A stretch of 29,117 nt of DNA from Nitrososphaerota archaeon (GTDB taxonomy: Archaea; Thermoproteota; Nitrososphaeria; Nitrososphaerales; UBA57). The position numbers and the translations under genes are program-made. Location: contig PAVW01000021.1 in the NCBI GenBank assembly GCA_002713205.1, positions 1 through 29,117 on the forward strand. The letters run 5' to 3'. Shown here in pieces: positions 16,842 to 24,603 of this stretch; position 1 is the stretch's first letter; every line of letters starts with the position of its first letter. The notes beneath the pieces are model-generated. The model was not told the origin of the DNA, did no database searches, and saw only the letters and a program-made list of their open reading frames with translations.

Positions 16842-18617
16842 GTGAAAAAAATGAAATGGAAAACATTAGAACATAATGGAGTATTATTTCCACCTGAATA
16901 TAATTATCAAGGAATATCAATAAAAATAAATGGTGAAAAAAGAAAATTAACAGAAATTCAGGAAGAAATGGCGTGGGCATGGACAAAAAAGAGAGAAACA
17001 CCATATGTTAAAGATAAAGAATTTATAAAGAATTTTCTAAAAGATTTTCTAGAACGTTTTGAAAAAGAACATCACAATCTATCAATAAATAGTTTTGATT
17101 TTTCAGAAATGATAAAGATTCAAGAAAAAGAAAAAGAATATAATTCCAGACCAGAAATAAAGAAGAAACTCGCAAAAGAACGGAAAGAAAGAAGAGAAAT
17201 TCTAAAAGAGAAATATGGCTATGCGATAGTAAATGGAATCAAAACAGAAGTCGGTAACTATATGGTTGAACCGGCGTCAATTTTTATGGGAAGAGGAGAA
17301 CATCCATTTAGAGGAAAGTGGAAAAGAAGAGCAAAGCCAAATGAAATTGTTTTAAATTTAGGAAAGGAATCACCAATTCCTCAATGTTCCATAAAAGGCA
17401 AGACATGGAAAAAGATTGTTAATGAGAAAGAAGCAACATGGTTAGCAAAATGGCACGATAAATTAACTAAAAAAGACAAATATGTGTGGTTATCAGAGTC
17501 ATCCACAATACGTCAAGAACAGGATAAAGTAAAGTATGAACAAGCAATTAAGATGAGGAAATCAATTAAAAAAATAAGAAATCATATTAAAAATAATTTA
17601 GGGTCTTCTGATAAGGATAGACGTAAAGTTGCAACTGTAACCTATCTAATAGACAAGTTGGCATTGAGAGTAGGAGATGAAAAAGACACGGAAGGTGAAG
17701 CAGACACTGTAGGAGCAACAACTTTAAGAGTAGAACATATGAAAATCAGTGGAAATAAAATAGAATTTAATTTTCTTGGTAAAGACAGTGTAAGATGGAA
17801 AAAAACATTAGAAGAAAAAAATACGAAGAAAGGCAAGAATGAGGATTACACAGCATTATTGATTAACAATCTAGAGGAATTTACAAAAGGAAAAAAACAA
17901 GAGGATGCAATATTTGATAAAATATCATCAAGTCGTGTAAATAAATTTTTATCAGAATGTATGAAAGGAATCAGTGCAAAAGTATTTAGAACATATCATG
18001 CAACAAATGAAGTTATAGATTATTTAGAAAAGTGTGGATTACAATCTACAAACGACGAATATATAAAAATTTATCATGCAAAGATGGCAAATTTAGAAGC
18101 AGCAAAACAATGCAATCATAAAAAAACACCTACAAAGAAATGGGAAGAGAATATGAAGAAGAAAGAAAACAAAATAAATGAAGTGAATAAAGAATTAAGA
18201 AAAATTAAAAAAGTAATAAACAATCAAAAATATAGTTGTGTTTTATGTAATAATAAATTAATTATCAATAAAGAAATAGCAGGATGTCTAAATGAAGAAT
18301 CGCATAAATTACAAGCGCGTAAAACGAAAAATTCAAAATCAATAAAGAAATTAGAGAGGCAAAAAATTAAAATTGGGAAAGAAAAGGAACGATTAAACAG
18401 GAAACAGGTCAAATTAGTAGAGAGGCATGATAAATTAAAGCGAAAATTCGAATTAGATACGAAAACTAAAGAATACAATCTTAATACTTCATTAAAAAAT
18501 TACATAGATCCGCGCATATATAAAAAATGGTCAGAGAAAGTCGAAGTAGATTGGAATAAAATATACCCGAAATCAATGCAGAAAAAATTCATCTGGGTTG
18601 AAAAGGAAAACACCTAG
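16842..18617 (+). CDS. top1: DNA topoisomerase IB (eukaryote-like)
   Basis: The N-terminal KWKTLEHNGVLFPPEY resembles the eukaryotic Topo I core start. Also present are ...ATVTYLIDKLALRVGDEKD..ADTVGATTLRVEH...FLGKDSVRW...FRTYHAT... and the catalytic-Tyr motif SLKNYIDPRIY (Tyr codon at 18501-18503). The start is GTG at 16842 or ATG at 16851. Confidence 0.93.
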   Translation: MKKMKWKTLEHNGVLFPPEYNYQGISIKINGEKRKLTEIQEEMAWAWTKKRETPYVKDKEFIKNFLKDFLERFEKEHHNLSINSFDFSEMIKIQEKEKEYNSRPEIKKKLAKERKERREILKEKYGYAIVNGIKTEVGNYMVEPASIFMGRGEHPFRGKWKRRAKPNEIVLNLGKESPIPQCSIKGKTWKKIVNEKEATWLAKWHDKLTKKDKYVWLSESSTIRQEQDKVKYEQAIKMRKSIKKIRNHIKNNLGSSDKDRRKVATVTYLIDKLALRVGDEKDTEGEADTVGATTLRVEHMKISGNKIEFNFLGKDSVRWKKTLEEKNTKKGKNEDYTALLINNLEEFTKGKKQEDAIFDKISSSRVNKFLSECMKGISAKVFRTYHATNEVIDYLEKCGLQSTNDEYIKIYHAKMANLEAAKQCNHKKTPTKKWEENMKKKENKINEVNKELRKIKKVINNQKYSCVLCNNKLIINKEIAGCLNEESHKLQARKTKNSKSIKKLERQKIKIGKEKERLNRKQVKLVERHDKLKRKFELDTKTKEYNLNTSLKNYIDPRIYKKWSEKVEVDWNKIYPKSMQKKFIWVEKENT

Positions 18618-18644
18618 TTTTCTAATGTTCATTATCAATTGAGA

Positions 18645-19184
18645 TTAGGTTAGCCATTTAATTGAGCAGCCAATTGAAGTTGTTTCGGGATTTTCAATTG
18701 GAGTTTCGGTTAGAATGCAATTAATTGCGTTTCGAAGATCATGAAATTGAACTAAAGATTCGTCCTTATTATCATCTATTCGACCATGATAACGAAGTTT
18801 TCTATCTTGATCAAATGCAAATATTTCAGGCGTGCGTTCAGCGCCATATGCATCAGCAATGGTTTGATCTTCATCTCTGAGATAATGAAAATTATAACTT
18901 TTTTCATTAGAGCGAACAATCATCTTATCAAAAGAATCTTCGGGATAATTTAAAGTTTCATTTGAATTAATTGCAACTAACTCTACGCTTTTATTCTTAT
19001 AATCATCCTGAATTTTAATTAATCGATTTTCATATGCTTTTACAACTGGACAATGATTACATGTAAACATAATAACTAAAACTTTAACATTGTCAAAATA
19101 TGATAAGGAATGTTTTAGATTATCAACTCCTAAAAGATTAAAATTAGGAGCTATATCATCAATTTGAAGTTTATTGGTTTTCAT
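18645..19184 (-). CDS. Thioredoxin-fold protein (AhpC/TSA-redoxin-like, CxxC-type motif CNHCP)
   Basis: ...APNFNLLGVDNLKHSLSYFDNVKVLVIMFTCNHCPVVKAY...VELVAINSN...ERTPEIFAFD... is a redoxin/thioredoxin-like pattern. I place the start at the ATG at 19184. The track's TTG at 19244 would overlap the upstream ORF by 35 nt. Confidence 0.7.
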   Translation of the reverse strand: MKTNKLQIDDIAPNFNLLGVDNLKHSLSYFDNVKVLVIMFTCNHCPVVKAYENRLIKIQDDYKNKSVELVAINSNETLNYPEDSFDKMIVRSNEKSYNFHYLRDEDQTIADAYGAERTPEIFAFDQDRKLRYHGRIDDNKDESLVQFHDLRNAINCILTETPIENPETTSIGCSIKWLT

Positions 19185-19209
19185 AGTAAAGATAAGAATA
19201 GATATTAAT

Positions 19210-19869
19210 TTATATTTGACTATTAGAGGGTAAATGAAACGCAATTAATGCGCCCGATATTTTTTGTTTATTTGGTGTTAATTGTCCTCCAAATGATTGC
19301 AATATCATCATGTTATTATCAATGTCTGCGCCGATTATTGGAGATGTTAAAAGACCAACACCCAAATATTTGGACCAGATTTCTTTTCCAGAGTCAGAAT
19401 TTATGGCTCGGATTTTGCCATCAGTAGAAGAAAACATAAGCATTTTACCAGATGAAATTAAACCAAACCGATATCCACTTCCTTCAACCGTATGAGTCCA
19501 TTTAATTGTGCCTGAATCAGCATTCAATGCATAGATAGTAGAATTAGATTCAATATAAAATGGCAATGGAAGAGATTGACCTCCTTCGCTATTAGGTCGA
19601 TGAGGTGGTACATTAGTCACACGTACATAGTCCCAAAAATTATATGTTCCATAATAAATAGTGTTATGTACTATGGTTATATCAGATACTAACCCTCCTC
19701 TCCCAGTAGGGTTTCGAAGAAAAGGAATATTATCAGGGTAATTAGCCCAAGGAAGTTTTAATTGTAAAGGATTGTTTGGATCTGGTAATTTACATAATTC
19801 ACAAGTTTTTACAGTTGGTGGAACAAAAGACCAAATCAAACTGCCATCAATTGTATCAAAAGCGTGCAT
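19210..19869 (-). CDS. PQQ-type quinoprotein dehydrogenase, C-terminal fragment (continuation of 19896-21188 in the -1 frame)
   Basis: Repeated blade motifs are present: AFDTIDGSLIW, IYALNADSGTIKW, IRAINSDSGKEIW. The frame stays open upstream of the ATG back into the A7 run, reading ...NKKIIFKGCKDGAMHAF. See the findings. Confidence 0.8.
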   Translation of the reverse strand: MHAFDTIDGSLIWSFVPPTVKTCELCKLPDPNNPLQLKLPWANYPDNIPFLRNPTGRGGLVSDITIVHNTIYYGTYNFWDYVRVTNVPPHRPNSEGGQSLPLPFYIESNSTIYALNADSGTIKWTHTVEGSGYRFGLISSGKMLMFSSTDGKIRAINSDSGKEIWSKYLGVGLLTSPIIGADIDNNMMILQSFGGQLTPNKQKISGALIAFHLPSNSQI

Positions 19870-19895
19870 GGCCCCATCCTTGCAACCTTTAAAAA

Positions 19896-21188
19896 TTATT
19901 TTTTTGTTTCTGATGAAAATTCAATTCGAGCTAGTATCATATTCCAATTACAATCCCAATCAGAAAGATCATGTGGAACTAGCTGATGCCACCAAACTAA
20001 CTTGCCATTAGTAGAATTTAATGCAAGAATAGAACCGGCAAAAACATTTGGGCCAGGGCGATTTGTAGCATTAGAAGCAGGAGCTGCATGAGTAGTCCCA
20101 ACATATACAATCCCACTTTCTTCATCAATTATCCATTGACCACGATTAGGTCCAGCTTGGCTTCCAAGCTTTCCAGCTTCACCCCAATCATTCAAAAGTG
20201 ATTCTCGAGGTAAATCACTCGCTCTAACACCTCGGATCCAACCACGATCTGCATGAATTAAGGCCCAATTAGAATCACCACCTGATGGTGGAAGAACAAA
20301 AAAACGCCATAGTAAGTCACCAGTTGTTAAGTTATATCCAGCAAAAAACCCACGGCCACCTCTATTGGTTTCATCTACAGAACCACCAGAAACTATCATA
20401 ACGTTATTTCGTTTAGAAATAGTAGGTCCATATGATTGTGGGCCCTTATATTGCCCTGTATTTCCTAAAGATTCACCAACATCACAAATATCACGAATTC
20501 TTCGTGTTATTTCACCACTTATTGAATCTAGTATAACAATATCACAAGGAGGAGAAGGAACATAAAGTTGACCATCATAATAAGTAAGACCATGTACATG
20601 AGTAATGCCTTTTCCAATAAATATTGGGAGATTTGCTTGTTCGTCGCGTTGTCTATCAAGATCAAGCGTGTGAATCCAGATAGGATTTCCAGTTTTTGCA
20701 TTTAACGCGAATATTTTTCCTTGTGCAGTTGCAAAAAATACAGTTCCGTTAATTAAAAGTGGGCTAGAGACTTCACCCTGTCCTGCAATGTTATAACCAC
20801 CCAAACTATTATTGTGCGGTTCAGGAATTGGAAAAATCCATTTTATTTCAAGATTATCAATGTTATGTTGATGGATTTTTTGTTGTGGATTATGATTGGT
20901 TGCAAATGTATTATAATTTAAATGAGACCAATCATAACCGTAATCTTCTGCTGCGTCAATGTAATATCCTGCTTCATTCCAATTTTGCGATGAAATTATA
21001 GGTACATAATGAAAAGGAATAACTAGAATAAACAAAAGTAAAACAATAGAGGTTAACGGCTTCAAGTTAACATAATTAATCTTCGGAATAAAATAAACAA
21101 TTCCTTTTTCTATAAGCAAAAGATAATATTTTGTTAGAAAAAAATGTTCAAGTTTGCTCACATGGCAGATGTGCACATAGGCGCACAT
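19896..21188 (-). CDS. PQQ-type quinoprotein dehydrogenase, N-terminal fragment with signal peptide/anchor
   Basis: WNEAGYY..DWSHLNYN...IHQHNIDNLEIKW...GEVSSPLLINGTVFFATAQGKIFALNAKTGNPIW... is typical of 8-bladed PQQ dehydrogenases. The likely true start is TTG at 21065 (MKPLTSIVLLLFILVIPF..., signal-like). The track's ATG at 21188 would overlap the divergent mre11 by 45 nt. Confidence 0.8.
   Translation of the reverse strand: MCAYVHICHVSKLEHFFLTKYYLLLIEKGIVYFIPKINYVNLKPLTSIVLLLFILVIPFHYVPIISSQNWNEAGYYIDAAEDYGYDWSHLNYNTFATNHNPQQKIHQHNIDNLEIKWIFPIPEPHNNSLGGYNIAGQGEVSSPLLINGTVFFATAQGKIFALNAKTGNPIWIHTLDLDRQRDEQANLPIFIGKGITHVHGLTYYDGQLYVPSPPCDIVILDSISGEITRRIRDICDVGESLGNTGQYKGPQSYGPTISKRNNVMIVSGGSVDETNRGGRGFFAGYNLTTGDLLWRFFVLPPSGGDSNWALIHADRGWIRGVRASDLPRESLLNDWGEAGKLGSQAGPNRGQWIIDEESGIVYVGTTHAAPASNATNRPGPNVFAGSILALNSTNGKLVWWHQLVPHDLSDWDCNWNMILARIEFSSETKK
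21066..21143. promoter_or_regulatory. Divergent intergenic region between the PQQ dehydrogenase gene and mre11
   Basis: Positional inference, assuming the dehydrogenase starts at TTG 21065. TATA-like runs (ctataagcaaaagataatatttt) lie 10-35 nt upstream of the mre11 ATG. Confidence 0.3.
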
Positions 21189-22418
21189 AAAGATAAAAGA
21201 TTGATAGATTTAGAAAAAGAAGCATTCTATGAATCAATAGATATCTGTGTAAGAAAAAAAGTGGATTTCATTATCATTGCAGGAGATTTTTTTGACGAAC
21301 CCATGCCTAAGCTTGAGATAGTGAAAAATGTAATTTTAAAATTAAGAGAATTACAAGAGAAATCAAACATTCCAGTTTATGTACTATATGGAAGTCACGA
21401 TTATATCAGAGGAGGAACGTCCATTGTAGATTTATTAGATGCTGCTGGCCTTATTGTTAAAATATCTGATTACAAAAACATAAAAGAGGACAATCAAGGG
21501 AAAAAAATCTTAAACATTATACAAGACGATAAAACAGGAACAAAATTAGTAGGTATATCAGCAAGAAAAAACGGAGCAGAAAAGGAATATTTTGAAAAAT
21601 TAAATGTAGAATACTTGGAAAAACAAGATGGGTTTAAGATATTTGTATTTCACAGCGGGATACAAGAATTTTTAGAGCATGCTCCTTTTGCGAAAGAGTG
21701 CGTCCCAATAGAGTGGTTTCCAAAAGGTTTCAATTACTATGCTGGAGGTCACATTCATCAGAATAAGGAGGAATATAATATGAAGTCAAAAGGATATGAA
21801 AATATAATCATTCCAGGTCCATTGTTTATTGGGTGGGGGCAAAGGGATTATAAAGATGTATCTAATGGAGAAAAAAGAGGATTCTATATCGTATCATGTG
21901 AAGAGAATAAAGTAATGGAAAATGGGATTGAATTTATCAAAACGAACAAGCTGCAGGGCAAATATATTCCATTTGATGTAACAAGAAAGAATTCCATACA
22001 AGCAAATGATGAGATAATAGAAGAAATAAACAATTTAGAAGTAGAAGATGACACATTAATAACCGTAGAAATATCTGGTGAATTATCTTCTGGAAAAACA
22101 TCAAATATAGATATATTTCAGATTCATAAGTTATTAGCAGAAAAAGGAACTATAGATCCAAAGATTATACGTAATGACTTAACTACAAAAGAATATCAAA
22201 AAATACAAGTCACTAATGAAGATAAAACAAAGATAGAAGAAGAATTATTAGAAAAAAATATTATAAATGTAAAATCAAAATATGAAATGCTAAAAGAAGA
22301 AAAAGGAGTAAATTTAGCAAATGAACTATTAAAGTTGCTAAAAACACAATCAAAAAAAGAAGGCGTGATAGAATCAGCACTTACACTATTTGGAATTTCA
22401 GAATCAAATAAGGAATAG
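21144..22418 (+). CDS. mre11: DNA double-strand break repair nuclease Mre11
   Basis: MFKFAHMADVHIGAH (motif I), IIAGDFFD (motif II), YGSHDY (motif III, with Ser where Asn is usual), FHSG (motif IV) and GGHIHQ (motif V). It sits directly upstream of rad50 with a 2-nt gap. Confidence 0.87.
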   Translation: MFKFAHMADVHIGAHKDKRLIDLEKEAFYESIDICVRKKVDFIIIAGDFFDEPMPKLEIVKNVILKLRELQEKSNIPVYVLYGSHDYIRGGTSIVDLLDAAGLIVKISDYKNIKEDNQGKKILNIIQDDKTGTKLVGISARKNGAEKEYFEKLNVEYLEKQDGFKIFVFHSGIQEFLEHAPFAKECVPIEWFPKGFNYYAGGHIHQNKEEYNMKSKGYENIIIPGPLFIGWGQRDYKDVSNGEKRGFYIVSCEENKVMENGIEFIKTNKLQGKYIPFDVTRKNSIQANDEIIEEINNLEVEDDTLITVEISGELSSGKTSNIDIFQIHKLLAEKGTIDPKIIRNDLTTKEYQKIQVTNEDKTKIEEELLEKNIINVKSKYEMLKEEKGVNLANELLKLLKTQSKKEGVIESALTLFGISESNKE

Positions 22419-22420
22419 AA

Positions 22421-24409
22421 ATGATATTAAAAAAACTCAAAGTTAAAAATATAAGAAGTTATAAAACAGCAGATATTGAATTTTCAAAAGGCAAAACGCT
22501 CATAAAAGGAGACATAGGTTCAGGCAAATCAAGTATCATGTTGGCCATTGAAATGGCGCTATTTGGAACAGATATAAAGCAACATATAAGAAAAACGAAA
22601 GACGATGCAACTATAGAATTAGAATTTGAAATTAAGAATTCTGAAGGAAATAATGAGACATATTCAATAACACGGAACGTAAATCGTAAAAAGGGACAGT
22701 TGCAAGGAGAAATAATTTATCCTGATGGAAAAAAAGAAACATGGAGTCCAACAGAGCTATCAGCAGAAATAATGAAGATACTAGAAATTAACGAAATAGT
22801 TGAAAAAAAGCAAGGAATACCTGAAGTTTTTAGAGCAACAGTATCAACTAGACAAGAGGAATTAAAATTTATTTTACAAGGCAATGTAGAGAAAAGATTA
22901 TCAACATTAAGTAAAGCATTCGAAATAGAATCATATAAAAATGCAATAAAAAAATCAAAAGAAATATCTTTAGAAATCAAGAAAAAAATTATTGGCAAAC
23001 AAGCAATAACAAAAAACATTCCTGAATTAAAGAAAAAAAATGAAGAAAGAAAAAATCAAATCGTAGAAAAAAAAATAAAAAAAGAAGAAATGAAAAAAGA
23101 ATTAGATCTTAAAAGAGAAACTAAAGATGCAGAAACAAAAGAATATGAATCAATAAAAGAACAACGAAATCAGATTATCCAAATTAAAGGCAGTATACAG
23201 TCAAAAATGGAAAAAAAACAAGAAAAATTAAAACGAATAGGGATTAATGACAATGAAATCAAAAATATTAAAGAAGAATTAGGAGATATTGAAAATATAA
23301 AGAAAAAAATCAACTCCTTACCCACATCTACAACAGAATTAGAGAATAAGAAGCAAGAAATAAACAAAGAAGTGAATCTACTAAATGAAAAAAAAGGAGA
23401 AAAAGATATGAGTATTAACAGTTATAAAAATCTCAGTCAAAAACATAAGTGCGATATATGTGGAAGAGAAATCAGCGATGCCGATACTTCAGAATATCAC
23501 AATTTAATACATGCTACAGAAAAACAAAAAAACGACATAGTAATTAAATTAAAAAATTATGATGAAGAACATAAAAAAATTGAAACTGAAATAACTGAGA
23601 TCCATAAATCGAGTGGATTAAAAAATAAAATAGAACAGATTACAAAAAATGAGGGGGAAAATATCACATTAAAGGAAGAAGTAAAAGTGCTTGAAAATGA
23701 GATAGAAGTTGAAGAAATAAATTTAAACAGATTACCAAATCAAGAACTATTAGAAAAAACAAAAAAATCTGCAGATAGAGCTGTGGATGAATTTGATAAA
23801 GTAAGAATGGAATTAAGAGATATTGATAATGATATTGAAAGAGATGGAAGAGAGAGAGAAGAGAAAGAAAGAGAATTAAAAAAATTAATGGATGAAAAAA
23901 CAGAGATTGAAAGAATGCAGGAGATTATTGATTGGTTGAATGACTACTTTATTCGAACTGTAGAAATAATTGAAGACCAAGTTCTTAGTTCAATTAATGA
24001 GAAATTTAATGATCAATTCAAGGAGTGGTTTTACATGTTAGTAGATGATAAGAGTAAAACGGTTTGGATAAATGAAGAATTCACGCCAGTGATTGAAGAA
24101 ATGAAGCATGCGCAGGAATATAAGAACATCTCAGGCGGAGAGAAAGCCAGTGTGGCATTAGCGTATCGATTAGCATTAAATAGCCTAGTCCGACAACAAC
24201 CTACAGGATTTAGACCAGAATTATTGATGTTGGATGAACCTACTGACGGGTTTAGCAAAGAACTACGAACAAAAACAAGCAATATCTTATTGGGTATAGA
24301 TAATGAACAAGTAATCATTGTTTCACATGAATTAGAATTTGAAAAATTTGAACAAATTATCAGAGTGACAAAAGAAAACAACGTATCAGATATACAAATA
24401 TCATATTAA
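22421..24409 (+). CDS. rad50: DNA double-strand break repair ATPase Rad50 (short coiled-coil form, 662 aa)
   Basis: Walker A is GDIGSGKSS. Long K/E-rich coiled coils are present. The central zinc hook is CDIC (23450-23461). The signature motif is SGGEKASVALAYRLAL and Walker B is LLMLDEPTDGF. Confidence 0.92.
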   Translation: MILKKLKVKNIRSYKTADIEFSKGKTLIKGDIGSGKSSIMLAIEMALFGTDIKQHIRKTKDDATIELEFEIKNSEGNNETYSITRNVNRKKGQLQGEIIYPDGKKETWSPTELSAEIMKILEINEIVEKKQGIPEVFRATVSTRQEELKFILQGNVEKRLSTLSKAFEIESYKNAIKKSKEISLEIKKKIIGKQAITKNIPELKKKNEERKNQIVEKKIKKEEMKKELDLKRETKDAETKEYESIKEQRNQIIQIKGSIQSKMEKKQEKLKRIGINDNEIKNIKEELGDIENIKKKINSLPTSTTELENKKQEINKEVNLLNEKKGEKDMSINSYKNLSQKHKCDICGREISDADTSEYHNLIHATEKQKNDIVIKLKNYDEEHKKIETEITEIHKSSGLKNKIEQITKNEGENITLKEEVKVLENEIEVEEINLNRLPNQELLEKTKKSADRAVDEFDKVRMELRDIDNDIERDGREREEKERELKKLMDEKTEIERMQEIIDWLNDYFIRTVEIIEDQVLSSINEKFNDQFKEWFYMLVDDKSKTVWINEEFTPVIEEMKHAQEYKNISGGEKASVALAYRLALNSLVRQQPTGFRPELLMLDEPTDGFSKELRTKTSNILLGIDNEQVIIVSHELEFEKFEQIIRVTKENNVSDIQISY

Positions 24410-24494
24410 TGCGGGAGGTGGGATTCGAACCCACGAACTCCTGAGAGACTAGGCCCTCAACCTAGCGCCTTTGACCGGGCTGGGCGACCCCCGC
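24410..24494 (-). tRNA. tRNA-Leu (anticodon GAG), class II with long variable arm, no intron
   Basis: Manual fold of the reverse complement: GCGGGGG-TC-GCC-CAGCCCGGTCAAA-GGC-G-CTAGG-TTGAGGG-CCTAG-T-CTCTCAGGAGTTC-GTGGG-TTCGAAT-CCCAC-CTCCCGC-A. The 3' end abuts the rad50 stop codon (convergent, 0-nt gap). Confidence 0.9.
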
Positions 24495-24603
24495 GCATTA
24501 TTTACAAGATATCAATACCAATATAACAATTTACTGCAGATATTCGACATATAAAATAAAACCGATTGAGTTATCTAAAATAAATTATTATAAAAATACA
24601 AGT

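Noticed and set aside
18237-18306. A Cys-x2-Cys-x12-Cys-x5-His cluster (CVLCNNKLIINKEIAGCLNEESH) in the linker region of topoisomerase IB, as a possible inserted zinc finger
   Set aside because: The spacing does not match any zinc-binding motif I know, and the segment lies in a predicted coiled-coil linker. It cannot be supported without alignment or structure prediction. It is worth a glance in an orthologue alignment only.
19896-19898. Stop-codon readthrough or recoding of the TAA as an explanation for the split PQQ gene
   Set aside because: The 0 frame beyond the TAA reads FLKVARMGPCTLLIQLMAV and then hits TGA. It has no propeller sequence. Only a frame change links the two halves.
5498-20565. 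The remaining short embedded ORFs in the track: 5498-5794, 7688-7969, 10094-10288, 10927-11118, 12089-12292, 12713-12937, 13853-14038, 15236-15418, 15333-15536, 16426-16614, 16813-17004, 17642-17836, 18224-18478, 19310-19495, 19772-20011 and 20365-20565 (also 28455-28643 and 28537-28815, inside tfb)
   Set aside because: Each overlaps a longer ORF with a confident functional assignment, in another frame or on the other strand, and none has a motif I recognise. ORF 19772-20011 spans the PQQ frameshift region on the opposite strand and is explained by that gene.
21066-21188. ATG at 21188 as the start of the PQQ dehydrogenase (the longest-ORF call)
   Set aside because: It would add 41 residues with no signal-peptide character (MCAYVHICHVSKLEHFF...) and would overlap the divergent mre11 coding start by 45 nt. 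TTG at 21065 gives a clean signal-like N-terminus, MKPLTSIVLLLFILVIPF.
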